Counted from the stretch's first letter, positions 20,486 to 30,943 are shown. The stretch is DNA of 32,000 bases from Longivirga aurantiaca (GCF_042660085.1 NZ_JBHSTI010000008.1:870001-902000); one strand, 5' to 3'. The notes: generated by a model from the letters alone, not told the origin. Translations and numbers: made by a program.

Positions 20486-21019
20486 ATGGACGGCGGGCCC
20501 GACGTCACCGCGTGGCCGGCGTACGACGTCGAGCGCACGAGCGTCCGCGTGGTGCTCCTCGACGACGACCAACGGCTCCTGCTGTTCCGCACCGTCGACC
20601 CGACCATGCCCGAGATCGGCGAGTGGTGGGAGCTGCCCGGCGGCGGTATCGAGCCCGGGGAGTCGTACGCCGAGACCGCGGTCCGGGAGATCAGCGAGGA
20701 GACCGGCTTCGAGGTGTCGCTCGCGGTGCTGCCAGACCTGCCGCGCTGGAACCGCGACTCCACCTACGTCCGCCGGCACGTGCGCACCTGGCAGCACGAG
20801 GTGGTCGTCCTCGCGCGCGTGGCCGGCTCCTCGCCGGTGCCCGCCCGCGACGGCCGTACGCCGGAGGAGCTCGACGAGTACGTCGGCCACCGCTGGTGGA
20901 CGCCGGAGGAGGTCGCAGCCGCGGGCACCAGCAGGTTCTTCCCCGGACGGCTGCCCGAGCTGCTCCCGCGGTTCCTGGCCGGCGAGGTGCTCGACGAGCC
21001 GTTCGACCTCTGGAACTGA
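20486..21019 (+). CDS. NUDIX hydrolase
   Basis: GGGIEPGESYAETAVREISEETGF matches the NUDIX box GX5EX7REUXEEXGU. Confidence 0.9.
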   Translation: MDGGPDVTAWPAYDVERTSVRVVLLDDDQRLLLFRTVDPTMPEIGEWWELPGGGIEPGESYAETAVREISEETGFEVSLAVLPDLPRWNRDSTYVRRHVRTWQHEVVVLARVAGSSPVPARDGRTPEELDEYVGHRWWTPEEVAAAGTSRFFPGRLPELLPRFLAGEVLDEPFDLWN

Positions 21020-21040
21020 CGCCGTCGTAGGGTCGGTCGC

Positions 21041-21556
21041 ATGACCGAGCGGCCCGTGGTGAAGCGTCGGGCCGCGCGCGTGCTCGCCCTCTCGCCGGCG
21101 GGTCGGGTGCTGCTGTTCGAGGGCGGCGACCCCGACCGGCCGCACGTGCGGATCTGGCACGCGCCCGGCGGCGGCGTGGAGGCCGGCGAGAGCGACGCGG
21201 ACGCGGCGCAGCGCGAGTTCCTCGAGGAGACCGGAGTCCCGGTCGAGCTCGGGCCGCACGTGTGGGACCGCGAGCTCGTCTTCGGGTTCAACGGCACGAC
21301 CTACGACCAGGTCGAGGTCTACTTCCTCGCCCGTGTGGAGGCCGAGCACGCGGCCAGCTCGGACGGCCACAACGAGATCGAGCAGCTCTACCTGACCGAC
21401 CACGGCTGGTTCTCGGTCGACGAGCTGCGCGCGCTGCCGACCCCGGACGGCTCGGTGCTGGTCGCGCCGCCGGACATCGCCGACCGGCTCGAGGACCTCC
21501 TGCGCGACGGCCCGCCGTCGGCGCCGGTGCGGGTGGCGGGGGTGGTGCTGCCGTGA
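21041..21556 (+). CDS. NUDIX hydrolase
   Basis: [31 protein letters not shown] box. Confidence 0.9.
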   Translation: MTERPVVKRRAARVLALSPAGRVLLFEGGDPDRPHVRIWHAPGGGVEAGESDADAAQREFLEETGVPVELGPHVWDRELVFGFNGTTYDQVEVYFLARVEAEHAASSDGHNEIEQLYLTDHGWFSVDELRALPTPDGSVLVAPPDIADRLEDLLRDGPPSAPVRVAGVVLP

Positions 21557-22287
21557 GCGCCGCGCCGTCGCTGCGCGTCGAGCGCGAGATGCTCCGCGCG
21601 CACGGGATCCGCTGGCTGGCCTCTGTCGACGAGGTCGGGCGCGGGGCGCTCGGCGGGCCGGTGTCGGTGGGCGTCGTGCTCGTCGACCTGGACACGCGCT
21701 CGGCTCCGTCGGGCGTCCGCGACTCCAAGCTGCTGACGCCGGCGGCGCGCGAGCGCATGGTGCCGAAGCTGCAGCGCTGGGCCCCGTCGTGGGCGGTCGC
21801 GCACGCGAGCGCGGCGGAGATCGACGCGCTCGGCATCCTGCGGGCGCTGAGGCTCGCGGGGGAGCGGGCCTTCGCCCAGCTGCCCGTGCGGCCCGACCAC
21901 GTGCTGCTCGACGGCTCGTACGACTGGATCAGCCGTCCGGCCCCCGCACTGTTCGACGAGGACGGCGCGGTGGCCGACCTCGACGCCGTCGTGGACCCGC
22001 CGCCGGTCACCATGCGGATCAAGGCCGACATGACGTGCTCGTCCGTCGCCGCGGCGAGCGTGCTGGCCAAGACCACGCGCGACGCGATCATGGTCGGCCT
22101 CGCGACCGAGCACCCGGAGTACGGCTGGGAGATCAACAAGGGCTACGCCAGCCCCGAGCACCTCGACGCGCTGCGCCGGCTCGGACCGTGCGTCCAGCAC
22201 CGGCGCAGCTGGGCCATCCCCGGGGGCGACCGCGACGTCCTGCTGCTCGACGTCGAGGCGGCGGACGACGCGCTGGCACATGGTTGA
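21553..22287 (+). CDS. rnhB: Ribonuclease HII
   Basis: [27 protein letters not shown]...[13 protein letters not shown]...[22 protein letters not shown]...[24 protein letters not shown] 21553 overlaps the upstream stop. Confidence 0.95.
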   Translation: MSAAPSLRVEREMLRAHGIRWLASVDEVGRGALGGPVSVGVVLVDLDTRSAPSGVRDSKLLTPAARERMVPKLQRWAPSWAVAHASAAEIDALGILRALRLAGERAFAQLPVRPDHVLLDGSYDWISRPAPALFDEDGAVADLDAVVDPPPVTMRIKADMTCSSVAAASVLAKTTRDAIMVGLATEHPEYGWEINKGYASPEHLDALRRLGPCVQHRRSWAIPGGDRDVLLLDVEAADDALAHG

Positions 22288-22308
22288 AGATCGAACTATC
22301 CTGACCGC

Positions 22309-23178
22309 ATGGCGAACCGCAGGATCGACCGGGTGCAGGCCAAGCGACGCCTCGGCCCCGACGCGCAGGTCGACGACAAGGCGATCGTCATCATGCCGAC
22401 CGACCCCCGCGCGACCGACCCGTTCCTGGCCCTGGCCGAGGACTGGTTCTCCGAGCCCGGCTTCGAGTGGCACCCGCACCGGGGCATCGAGACCGTGACG
22501 CTGGTGCTGGACGGCGTCCTCGAGCACGGCGACAACGCCGGGCACGCGGGCGCCCTGCAGGCGGGCGACCTGCAGTGGATGACCGCGGGCCGCGGGATCA
22601 TCCACCGCGAGCTGGCCTTTCGGAACGAGCACGCGCACACGCTGCAGCTGTGGCTCAACCTCCCCGGCAGCAAGCGCATGGTCGACACCCGGTACCAGGA
22701 CGTCCGCGCGGCGGACCGGCCGAGGGTCGAGCTGCCGGGGGTCTCGGTCGACGTCGTGTCCGGCTCGGTCGCGGGAGCCAGGGGGCCGGCGAAGAACCAC
22801 TGGCCCATCCACGGCTCGGTGATCACGCTCGAGCCGAAGGCCTCGATGACGCACACCCTGCCGGGCGACCACCGCGCGTTCTTCTTCGTGCTCGACGGCG
22901 AGGTGAGCATCGGCGGGCGCCGCGTGCGCGAGGGCGAGATCGCCTGGAGCGACCCCGTGCCGGGACAGCCGGCGTCCAGCAGCCTCGTGGTCTCGACCGC
23001 AGACGGCGACGCGCCCTCGCGCGTCATGGTCTACAGCGGACGCCCCATCCGCGAGACGGTGGCGATGGGCGGCCCGTTCGTGATGAACACCAAGGCCGAG
23101 GTGCAGAAGGCGTACGCCGACTTCCACGCAGGCACGTTCGGCCAGGTGCCGCGCCAGGCCCGGCTGAAGCACCTCTAG
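22309..23178 (+). CDS. Pirin family protein
   Basis: FEWHPHRGIETVTLVLDGVLEHGDNAGHAGALQAGDLQWMTAGRGIIHRE: pirin-type cupin; C-terminal pirin domain. Confidence 0.92.
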   Translation: MANRRIDRVQAKRRLGPDAQVDDKAIVIMPTDPRATDPFLALAEDWFSEPGFEWHPHRGIETVTLVLDGVLEHGDNAGHAGALQAGDLQWMTAGRGIIHRELAFRNEHAHTLQLWLNLPGSKRMVDTRYQDVRAADRPRVELPGVSVDVVSGSVAGARGPAKNHWPIHGSVITLEPKASMTHTLPGDHRAFFFVLDGEVSIGGRRVREGEIAWSDPVPGQPASSSLVVSTADGDAPSRVMVYSGRPIRETVAMGGPFVMNTKAEVQKAYADFHAGTFGQVPRQARLKHL

Positions 23179-23274
23179 GCCCCGGTTTCCTGCCCCGGGC
23201 GGGCGCGAGGCGTGCGGCCTGGGCCAGGATGGGCGCGAGCGACCGGATCCGGCGCTCTGGGCGGAGGAGTGGCG

Positions 23275-23592
23275 ATGTCGGCCGAGGACCTCGAACGGTA
23301 CGAGAACGAGATCGAGCTCGGGCTCTACCGCGAGTACCGCGACGTCGTCGGCCTGTTCTCGTACGTCGTGGAGACCGAGCGCCGGTTCTACCTCACGAAC
23401 TCGGTCGACGTGCAGGTGCGCACGAACGACGGCGGCGACACCTTCTTCGAGGTGCGCATGACCGACGCCTGGGTGTGGGACATGTACCGCCAGGCCCGCT
23501 TCGTGAAGAACGTCCGCGTCCTCACCTTCAAGGACGTGAACGTCGAGGAGCTCGCCAAGCCCGAGCTGCAGATCCCCGACGGCACGGCCTGA
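23275..23592 (+). CDS. DUF2469 family protein
   Basis: MSAEDLERYENEIELGLYREYRDVVGLFSYVVETERRFYLTNSVDVQVRT...; standard neighbour of rnhB/yraN in actinobacteria. Confidence 0.93.
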   Translation: MSAEDLERYENEIELGLYREYRDVVGLFSYVVETERRFYLTNSVDVQVRTNDGGDTFFEVRMTDAWVWDMYRQARFVKNVRVLTFKDVNVEELAKPELQIPDGTA

Positions 23593-23722
23593 CCTTCGTC
23601 CACCGACGCGCGCTTCGGCGTGTCGTCCCCAGGCCCGCCGTGCCGACGTCCGGCTGAGGTCGTCGCCCGTCCCGACGCTGCTCCTCGCGGTGCATCGCGC
23701 ACCGCTCGGAGGAGGCGGTGCG

Positions 23723-24100
23723 GTGAGCAGGCCCACGGGAGTCGTCCGTGCGAAGGACGCGCTCGGTCGGTTCGGGGAGGACGTGGCCGCGCGCCACCTC
23801 GAGGCCGAGGGGTTCGTCGTCCTCGAGCGCAACTGGCGCTGTGCGGACGGCGAGCTCGACATCCTCGCCCGCGACGGCGACACCCTCGTGGTCTGCGAGG
23901 TCAAGACACGCAGCTCCCTGCGCTACGGCTCGCCGTTCGAGGCCATCACCGAGCGCAAGCTGCACCGGCTCGAACGGCTCGGCATGCGCTGGATGCGCGA
24001 GCGCGGGGTGAGGCCGCAGCGGATGCGCGTCGACATCGTGTCGGTGCTCGCGCCGCCCGGTGGCCGTCGCGTGATCGAGCACGTGCGAGGCCTGTCGTGA
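23723..24100 (+). CDS. yraN: UPF0102 / YraN endonuclease-fold protein
   Basis: GRFGEDVAARHLEAEGFVVLERNWRCADGELDILARDGDTLVVCEVKTRS. Start GTG 23723 is inferred. Confidence 0.9.
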   Translation: MSRPTGVVRAKDALGRFGEDVAARHLEAEGFVVLERNWRCADGELDILARDGDTLVVCEVKTRSSLRYGSPFEAITERKLHRLERLGMRWMRERGVRPQRMRVDIVSVLAPPGGRRVIEHVRGLS

Positions 24101-25659
24101 GCGGTGTGGCCCGCACCCGCGGGGTGGTGCTGCTCGGAGTCGACGGCCACGTGATCGGCGTCGAGGCGCACGTGTCGATCGGGGTCTCGGGCTTCTCGGT
24201 GGTCGGCCTCGCCGACAAGCTCGTGGGCGAGGCCCGCGACCGGTGCCGGTCCGCGGTGCTCAACACCGGCCTGGAGTGGCCGGGCCCCAAGAACACGATC
24301 GGGCTGTCGCCGTCCGAGCTGCCGAAGAAGGGGCCCACCCTCGACCTCGCGATCGCCATCGCGCTGCTCGCCGCCAGCGGCCAGGTGCCCGCCGATGCCG
24401 TCGCCGAGCTGGTCGTGGTGGGCGAGCTCGGCCTCGACGGCAAGGTCCGCGCGGTGCGCGGCGCGCTCGTGGCCGCGCTCGCGGCCCGGTCGGTCGGCGC
24501 TCGTCGGCTCGTGGTGCCGGCCGCCAACGTCGACGAGGCGTCGCTCGTGCCCGACCTCGAGGTGGTCGGAGTCCGTACTCTCGCCGGGCTCGTCGCGATG
24601 GTCCGCGGCGACGACGTCCCTGACGTCGAGCTGCTGGCCGACGACGACGACCTCTCGGCGGAGCCGCAGGCGCCCGATATTCCGGACCTCGTCGACGTGC
24701 GCGGGCAGCACGCCGCCCGGGCCGCCCTCGAGCTCGCGGCTGCGGGCGGCCACCACCTGGCAATGTCCGGGCTTCCCGGCGTCGGCAAGACGATGCTCGC
24801 CGAGAGGCTGCCCGGGCTGCTGCCCGCGCTCGACGAGCAGGCGGCGCTCGAGGTCACCGCCATCCACTCCGTGGCCGGCCGGCTCGGCAGCGGCGGCCGG
24901 CTCATCACCGTGCCGCCGTTCGAGGCGCCGCACCACACCGCGACGCACGCGGCGATGGTCGGTGGAGGCAGCGGCGTGCCGCGGGTCGGTCTCGTGTCGC
25001 TCGCGCACCGCGGGGTGCTGTTCCTCGACGAGGCGCCGGAGTTCGACCCCGGCGCGCTCGAGGCCCTGCGCCAGCCGTTGGAGTCGGGCGAGATGGTGGT
25101 GGCGCGGTCGGCGTTCTCGGTCACGTTCCCCGCCCGCTTCCACCTCGTGCTGGCGATGAACCCGTGCCCCTGCGGACGGTCGGGCGCTCCTCCGCGGCCG
25201 GGCGTGCCCTCGTGCTCGTGCACCCCGCAGCAGCGCCGCCGCTATCTCGCCCGCATCAGCGGCCCGCTGCTCGACCGCGTCGACCTCCGCGTCACGCTCG
25301 TGCCGCCCACCCTCGCCGACCTCGAGTTCGGCGTGTCCGACGCCGAGCCCACGGCGGCCGTGGCCGCCCGCGTGGCGGCCGCCCGGGAGCGCGCCGGGCG
25401 GAGGTACGCCGGCACGCCGTGGCGGGTCAACGCCGACGTGCCCGGCCCCGTCATCCGCCGCGAGTTCGGGCTCGACGCCGAGGCCGCCCAGCCGCTCGAG
25501 CAGGCGCTGGCCCGCGGGCTGCTCTCCGCCCGCGGCGCCGACCGGCTCGTCCGGGTCGCGTGGACGGTCGCCGACCTCGCCGGCCGCGACCGACCGGGCC
25601 GGCAGGACGTCGGCGCAGCGCTCGCGCACCGCGAGGCGGGTGCGGCATGGGCGGCGTGA
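24097..25659 (+). CDS. comM: YifB/ComM family Mg chelatase-like AAA ATPase
   Basis: HVSIGVSGFSVVGLADKLVGEARDRCRSAVLNTGLEWPGPKNTIGLSPSELPKKG...GLPGVGKTMLAERLPGLLP...VLFLDEAPEFDP. Start GTG 24097 overlaps the yraN stop. Confidence 0.95.
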   Translation: MSGVARTRGVVLLGVDGHVIGVEAHVSIGVSGFSVVGLADKLVGEARDRCRSAVLNTGLEWPGPKNTIGLSPSELPKKGPTLDLAIAIALLAASGQVPADAVAELVVVGELGLDGKVRAVRGALVAALAARSVGARRLVVPAANVDEASLVPDLEVVGVRTLAGLVAMVRGDDVPDVELLADDDDLSAEPQAPDIPDLVDVRGQHAARAALELAAAGGHHLAMSGLPGVGKTMLAERLPGLLPALDEQAALEVTAIHSVAGRLGSGGRLITVPPFEAPHHTATHAAMVGGGSGVPRVGLVSLAHRGVLFLDEAPEFDPGALEALRQPLESGEMVVARSAFSVTFPARFHLVLAMNPCPCGRSGAPPRPGVPSCSCTPQQRRRYLARISGPLLDRVDLRVTLVPPTLADLEFGVSDAEPTAAVAARVAAARERAGRRYAGTPWRVNADVPGPVIRREFGLDAEAAQPLEQALARGLLSARGADRLVRVAWTVADLAGRDRPGRQDVGAALAHREAGAAWAA

Positions 25660-26756
25660 GCGACGAGCGCCGTGCGCGGGCGTTGCTGTCGCGGGTGGCC
25701 GAGCCGGGCGACCCGAAGGTGTGCCGGCTCGTCGCAGCCCACGGTGCGCCCGAGGCACTGGAGATCCTGCGGTCCGGTGACGACGCCGACCGTTACCGCG
25801 CGCGGCTCGAGGCGGCCGACCCGGAGGCCGACCTCGCGCGCGCGGCCGAGGTGGGCGGGCGGCTGCTCGTGCCGGGCGACCTGGAGTGGCCGAGCCAGCT
25901 CGGCGACCTCGGCGACCTCGTGCCCTGGGCGCTCTGGGTCCGGGGCACCGTCGACCTCCGGATGTCGGCCCTGCGCTCGGTGGCGGTGGTCGGAGCCCGC
26001 GCCGCGACGAACTACGGCACCCACGTCGCATCGACCCTCGGCAGCGATCTCGCCGCCACGGGGTGGACCGTCGTGTCCGGCGGCGCGTTCGGTGTCGACG
26101 CCGCGGCCCATGCCGGCGCCCTCGCCGTCCACGGCGTCACGGTCGCCGTGCTCGCGTGCGGTGTCGACGTCGCCTACCCGCCGCGGCACGACGCGCTCTT
26201 CGCCCGCATCGCCGCCGACGGCCTGCTGGTCTCGGAGGTGCCGCCGGGCGCCGCCCCGCACCGCACCCGGTTCCTCGTCCGCAACCGCCTCATCGCCGCG
26301 CTGACCCGCGGCACCGTCGTGGTCGAGGCGGCGGTGCGGTCCGGGTCGCTCTCGACGGCGCGCGAGGCGGAGCGGCTGGGCCGCCCGGTTCTCGGTGTGC
26401 CGGGGCCCGTCACGTCCGAGATGTCGGCCGGCGTCCACCGCGAGCTGCGCCGCGGTGCGGTCCTCGTCCAGAACGCCGCGGAGGTGGTGGAGGCAGTCGG
26501 CGAGCTGGGCACCGACCTCGCGCCGGAGCCGACCGGTGCGACCGATCCGCGCGACCGGCTCGATCCGCTCGCCCGTCGCGTGCTCGACGCCGTGCCCGTA
26601 CGGCGCCCGGCCACGCTCGACTCCGTGGCGCGCACGGCGGGCGTGGCCCCGGCGGAGGCGCAGGCCTCGCTCGGCCTGCTCGAGCTCGACGGGTGGGTCG
26701 AGTCGGGCCCTGGCGGCTGGAGGCTGCGTCCCGCCCGGCGGGCTCCGGACGGGTGA
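25656..26756 (+). CDS. dprA: DNA processing protein DprA
   Basis: [50 protein letters not shown]...[27 protein letters not shown] 25647 is an alternative start. Confidence 0.95.
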   Translation: MSDERRARALLSRVAEPGDPKVCRLVAAHGAPEALEILRSGDDADRYRARLEAADPEADLARAAEVGGRLLVPGDLEWPSQLGDLGDLVPWALWVRGTVDLRMSALRSVAVVGARAATNYGTHVASTLGSDLAATGWTVVSGGAFGVDAAAHAGALAVHGVTVAVLACGVDVAYPPRHDALFARIAADGLLVSEVPPGAAPHRTRFLVRNRLIAALTRGTVVVEAAVRSGSLSTAREAERLGRPVLGVPGPVTSEMSAGVHRELRRGAVLVQNAAEVVEAVGELGTDLAPEPTGATDPRDRLDPLARRVLDAVPVRRPATLDSVARTAGVAPAEAQASLGLLELDGWVESGPGGWRLRPARRAPDG

Positions 26757-26820
26757 GGACCGCGGCAGGCGGACGGCGCGCCGCATTGACTCCGGGCCGG
26801 TGCCCGCAGACGGTGGTGAC

Positions 26821-27774
26821 GTGGGTGCAGCGGCGGTGGAGCGTGCGGCGGGGCAGGAGCCCCTGCCCGCCTCGTTCCAGGACGTGCTCGACGCGTTCGC
26901 CGTCCACCTGTCCGACGGTCTCGGGCGCAGCCCCCACACCGTGCGCGCCTACCTCGGCGACATCGAGCGCCTGCTGCGACACGCCCGGGCGCAGGGTGCG
27001 ACCGACGTCGCCGACCTCGACCTCACCGACCTGCGCGGCTGGCTGGCGGCCGAGGCCGCGGGCGGCCACGCGCGGGCCACCCTCGCGCGCCGTGCGGCCG
27101 CCGCCCGCACCTTCACCTCCTGGGCCTCGCGGCGGGGCTGGCTGGCCTCCGACCCGGGCGACAGGCTCGCCACACCGGCGGCGCACCGGCCCCTCCCGGG
27201 GGTGCTCAAGCAGTCCGAGGCGGCGGCTCTGCTGGAGGTCGTCACGACCCGCGCCGACGACGGCGACCCCGTGCACCTGCGCGACCGCCTGATCCTCGAG
27301 CTCCTGTACGCCACAGGGATGCGCGTGGGCGAGCTGGTCGGCCTCGACCTCGACGACGTCGACCCCCGTCGCCGCACGCTGCGGGTGCTCGGCAAGGGCG
27401 CCAAGGAGCGGGTCGTGCCGTACGGCGCTCCCGCGCAGGACTCCCTCGACACCTGGCTCGCCGACGGCCGCCCGGCCCTGCTCACCGCGGCCTCCGGGCC
27501 GGCGCTGCTGCTCGGTGCACGGGGCGGCCGCCTCGACCCGCGGACCGCGCGCGACGTCGTCCACCGCATGCTCCGGCACGTGCCGGACGCCCCGGATCTC
27601 GGTCCGCACGGCCTGCGGCACTCGGCCGCCACGCACCTTCTCGAGGGTGGCGCGGACCTGCGCTCCGTCCAGGAGATCCTGGGGCACGCTACGCTCGCGA
27701 CGACACAGATCTACACGCACGTCAGCGTCGAACGGTTGAGGTCAACGTATGAGCAGGCGCACCCCCGGGCCTGA
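26821..27774 (+). CDS. xerC: Tyrosine recombinase XerC-like
   Basis: [27 protein letters not shown]...[43 protein letters not shown]: full R...HxxR...H/Y catalytic set. Confidence 0.93.
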   Translation: MGAAAVERAAGQEPLPASFQDVLDAFAVHLSDGLGRSPHTVRAYLGDIERLLRHARAQGATDVADLDLTDLRGWLAAEAAGGHARATLARRAAAARTFTSWASRRGWLASDPGDRLATPAAHRPLPGVLKQSEAAALLEVVTTRADDGDPVHLRDRLILELLYATGMRVGELVGLDLDDVDPRRRTLRVLGKGAKERVVPYGAPAQDSLDTWLADGRPALLTAASGPALLLGARGGRLDPRTARDVVHRMLRHVPDAPDLGPHGLRHSAATHLLEGGADLRSVQEILGHATLATTQIYTHVSVERLRSTYEQAHPRA

Positions 27775-28744
27775 GGGAGTCGGCGACTCCCTCGAGGTCG
27801 AGGACGACGCTGTCGACGCCCTCGACACCGTCGACGACTCCGCCCCGGTCGACCCCGACCTCGAGGCCGAGGTGCTGGAGATCGGCAGCGACGACATCGT
27901 CGACATCGCGGTGCTCGACGCCATCGACCTCACGCCGACCGAGGACGAGAAGGTCGCGGCGAAGGCAGACGGCGACGCGCGGCTGCGCGAGCTCTGGGAG
28001 GACTTCAAGGCCTCGGGCGAGCAGGCTCTGCGCGAGCGGCTGATCATCCACTACTCGCCGCTGGTGAAGTACGTCGCCGGCCGCGTCGGCGTGGGCCTTC
28101 CGCCCAACATCGAGCAGTCGGACCTCGTGTCGTACGGCATCTTCGGCCTGATCGACGCGATCGAGAAGTTCGACCTCGACCGTGCGATCAAGTTCGAGAC
28201 GTACGCCATCAACCGCATCCGCGGCGCGATCATCGACGAGCTGCGCTCGATCGACTGGATCCCGCGCTCGGTCCGCTACAAGGCCCGCGAGGTCGAGAAG
28301 GCGTACCAGGCCCTCGAGGCCAAGCTCCAGCGCACGCCCACCGAGACCGAGGTCGCGGACCAGATGGGCATCCGCCTCGAGGACCTGCACGCGATCTTCA
28401 GCCAGGTCTCCTACGTCAACGTCGTGGCGCTCGACGAGCTGCTGCACGCGGGCGGCGGCGAGCGCGGCGACAAGATGACGCTCGGCGACACCCTCGAGGA
28501 CCCGAAGGCCCCGGACCCGATCAACCTGTTCGAGGGCGAGGAGACGAAGTACATCCTCGCGAAGGCGATCAACCTCCTGCCCGAGCGGGAGAAGGTCGTC
28601 GTCACCCTCTACTACTACGAGGGGCTCACCCTCGCCGAGATCGGCCAGGTGCTCGGGGTCACCGAGTCGCGCATCTGCCAGATGCACACCAAGGCGGTCC
28701 TGCAGCTGCGGTCGCGCCTGTCGGAGTCGCACGACCTCGATTAG
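27749..28744 (+). CDS. whiG: FliA/WhiG family RNA polymerase sigma factor
   Basis: [78 protein letters not shown]; region 4 [29 protein letters not shown]. Acidic N-terminal extension. Confidence 0.92.
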   Translation: MSRRTPGPEGVGDSLEVEDDAVDALDTVDDSAPVDPDLEAEVLEIGSDDIVDIAVLDAIDLTPTEDEKVAAKADGDARLRELWEDFKASGEQALRERLIIHYSPLVKYVAGRVGVGLPPNIEQSDLVSYGIFGLIDAIEKFDLDRAIKFETYAINRIRGAIIDELRSIDWIPRSVRYKAREVEKAYQALEAKLQRTPTETEVADQMGIRLEDLHAIFSQVSYVNVVALDELLHAGGGERGDKMTLGDTLEDPKAPDPINLFEGEETKYILAKAINLLPEREKVVVTLYYYEGLTLAEIGQVLGVTESRICQMHTKAVLQLRSRLSESHDLD

Positions 28745-29904
28745 CCGCCGACGGTCACCGAGACGACCCGGTCGTCGCCTGCGCGGACGTCGCCTCGCCC
28801 GTCCCGGTTGGACGTCGTGAGCCACAGGGTGCCGTCGGGTGCGGCCGCCACGGTGCGGATGCGTCCGAGGGATCCTTCGAGCGCGGCCACGGGCTCGCCG
28901 GCGCTCGACCCGTCCAGAGGCACCTGCCAGACGCGCTGGCCGCGCAGGCCCCCGACGTAGGCGACGTCGGCCAGGATCGCGAGGCCGCTGGGAGAGGCGT
29001 TCTCGGTGCGCCAGGTGACCACCGGGTCGACGTAGTCGGCGCCGCCTCCGCGCCCCTCCACGACCGGCCAGCCGTGGTTGCCGCCGCGCTCGATCCGGTT
29101 GAGCTCGTCGTACGAGTTCTGCCCGAACTCGGTCGCCCACAGCTGCCCGGACGAGTCGAACGCGAGGCCCTGAACGTTGCGGTGGCCGTACGACCACACC
29201 GGCGAGCCGGGGAAGGGGTTGTCGGCGGGGATCGAGCCGTCGGGAGCGATCCGCAGGATCTTGCCCGCCCGCGTGCCGAGGTCCTGCGCGCGCTCGCGGT
29301 CGCCGGCATCGCCGGTGCCGATCCAGAGCATGCCGTCCGGCCCGACGGCGAGCCGGCCGCCGTTGTGGGTGGCGCCGGACGGGATGCCGTCGAGGAGCAC
29401 CGTGGGCTCGCCCAGTGCGGTGCCGTCGAACGGGAACGACACGACGCGGTTGTCGCCCGCGGTCGAGGTCAGGTAGGCGACGAGCCGCGCACCGTCGTCG
29501 AGCAGCGCGAGGCCGAGCAGCCCGCCCTCGCCCTGGTCGGCCACACCGGGTACGACGCCGACGGCGGTCGTGCCGCCGGACGCATCGACCCGCACCACCC
29601 GTCCGCTGCGCCGCTCGGCCACGAGCGCCGCGCCGTCGGGGAGGAAGGCCACGCCCCACGGCACCTCGAGCCCGCGGGCGAGGTCGGCCGGGGCGGAGAG
29701 CCCGGTGACTGACCCAGACACCACGGGGGCGGGCGCGGCCGACGACGAGGTCGGCGAGGCCGAGATCGTGGTGGCGGGCGTCGGGGACGGGGCAGCCGGC
29801 GAGCCCGTCGGTGCGCTCGGTGCGCTGCTGCAGCCGGCGAGCACCGCGGCGCTGGCGCCGAGCGCCACGAGGCGGGGGAGGGTGCGCGGGCGACGGGGCT
29901 CCAT
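28741..29904 (-). CDS. PQQ-dependent sugar dehydrogenase-like (GSDH/Hhip beta-propeller) lipoprotein
   Basis: Lipobox LAGCSS; [29 protein letters not shown]...[20 protein letters not shown]...[23 protein letters not shown]...[25 protein letters not shown]. Confidence 0.9.
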   Translation of the reverse strand: MEPRRPRTLPRLVALGASAAVLAGCSSAPSAPTGSPAAPSPTPATTISASPTSSSAAPAPVVSGSVTGLSAPADLARGLEVPWGVAFLPDGAALVAERRSGRVVRVDASGGTTAVGVVPGVADQGEGGLLGLALLDDGARLVAYLTSTAGDNRVVSFPFDGTALGEPTVLLDGIPSGATHNGGRLAVGPDGMLWIGTGDAGDRERAQDLGTRAGKILRIAPDGSIPADNPFPGSPVWSYGHRNVQGLAFDSSGQLWATEFGQNSYDELNRIERGGNHGWPVVEGRGGGADYVDPVVTWRTENASPSGLAILADVAYVGGLRGQRVWQVPLDGSSAGEPVAALEGSLGRIRTVAAAPDGTLWLTTSNRDGRGDVRAGDDRVVSVTVGG

Positions 29905-29971
29905 CCGACGACGCTACGTCGTCCGCGCGGATCCGGCAGCACGTCGCCGGGCCGATGGCCGGGAGCGGCCG

Positions 29972-30580
29972 TCACGGGTTCCAGGGCAGGAGCGAGGGTC
30001 GGCCGCGACGCAGCAGCGACATGGGGTCGAGGTAGTCCTCGCCGTCGCGCAGGCCCCAGTGCAGGCAGGACGGGACCTCTCCGCAGTGGCCGGCGCCCTC
30101 GTGCACGCGGCCGATGACCTGGCCGCCGGCGACGGACTCGCCGACGCCGACCTCGGGCGCGACCGGCTCGTACGTCGTGGTGCGTCCGTCCAGGTGCAGC
30201 AGCGTGACGACGTCGCGGCCGGCGACCGGGCCCGCGAAGACGACCACGCCGTCGCCCGGCGCCCGCACCGCGTCCCCGGCGAAGGCGAGCAGGTCGACGC
30301 CCCGGTGGCCGCTCATCCAGTCGGAGAGAGGCGGGTCGAACGGTGCCGTGACGAGCAGCGGGCCTCGGAGGGGCGGCTGCCAGCCGGGGGCCCCGACGGC
30401 CACGGCGGGGGTGTCCGTGGCCGTCGGGGTGTCCGGGGCCGACGGCCGGCTCTGGGCCGTGAGCGGCAGCAGCGTCGGCGGGCCGGCAGCAGGGAGCGGC
30501 CCGAGGGCGCTCGTGAGCGCCGTGAGGGCCGAGGCGAGGAGCGAGGCGAGGGGCGCGACGGCGGGTTCGAGGAGGATCAC
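29972..30580 (-). CDS. M23 family metallopeptidase
   Basis: [37 protein letters not shown]...[38 protein letters not shown]. Start GTG at 30580 chosen because a hydrophobic stretch follows; the track's extension to 30778 is probably spurious. Confidence 0.85.
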   Translation of the reverse strand: MILLEPAVAPLASLLASALTALTSALGPLPAAGPPTLLPLTAQSRPSAPDTPTATDTPAVAVGAPGWQPPLRGPLLVTAPFDPPLSDWMSGHRGVDLLAFAGDAVRAPGDGVVVFAGPVAGRDVVTLLHLDGRTTTYEPVAPEVGVGESVAGGQVIGRVHEGAGHCGEVPSCLHWGLRDGEDYLDPMSLLRRGRPSLLPWNP

Positions 30581-30704
30581 GTGCCGACCCTCGACCGGGG
30601 GCCGGACCGGTCGGTGCCGGCCGACCCCGGGCTGGGGACGACACGCCGGGCGCCCGGCCTGTGGACGGCGTGCCGGGCGGCCGCTCGGGCCTCCGACCTG
30701 CGAT

Positions 30705-30734
30705 TTCAGGTCTCGGGGGGTCTGCCCGTAGACT
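30705..30734 (+). promoter_or_regulatory. Putative rpsB promoter (TTCAGG-N18-TAGACT)
   Basis: GATTT 30702-30706 lies exactly 27 nt before TAGACT 30729-30734, the same offset as at rpsP and rplS. Confidence 0.5.
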
Positions 30735-30799
30735 TCCCGCGCAGCCTGCTCCGGTGGGCTGACATCGCACGCCCGCATCCCGGCCCCAGGGTCGGCGGG

Positions 30800-30871
30800 G
30801 CACCCGCGGTCCGGATCCGTCCGGTGGGGTGCGCCCGGCGGGAGTCAGGCGCCCCGGCGACCGTCGGGGCG
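30800..30871 (+). other. Two consecutive hairpins in the rpsB leader
   Basis: GCACCC-gcggt-CCGGA-tccg-TCCGG-tg-GGGTGC (with intervening bases) at 30800-30832; 9-bp stem with one G-U and loop GACC at 30850-30871. Confidence 0.45.
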
Positions 30872-30943
30872 GACAACCGAGTGGCGCTGCCGCGTCGCGG
30901 GCCTGCCCGCGCGCCTCGGCGCCAAAGAAGGAGCGACCCGGCC

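Noticed and set aside
23190-23225. GCGTGCGGCCTG near 23210 as a third inverted copy of part of the smc-ftsY repeat
   Set aside because: Only 12 nt match the reverse complement of CAGGCCGCACGC, and this is GC-rich sequence where such matches are expected by chance.
22467-23657. Plus-strand 396-aa alternate-frame ORF over pirin/DUF2469
   Set aside because: Arg/Pro/Ala-rich frame-shifted reading of two well-supported genes.
24097-26756. yraN-comM-dprA as a novel defence or uptake island
   Set aside because: This is the widely conserved actinobacterial housekeeping arrangement; nothing unusual in domain content.
26821-27774. XerC-like recombinase as a marker of a mobile element
   Set aside because: It sits in the conserved dprA-xerC-rpsB chromosomal context and matches housekeeping XerC, with no att sites or cargo.
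29570-30943. N-terminal ~450-aa extension of rpsB in the ORF track
   Set aside because: S2 begins at [19 protein letters not shown] (30944) with a good SD. The extension lies antisense to the PQQ dehydrogenase and M23 genes.
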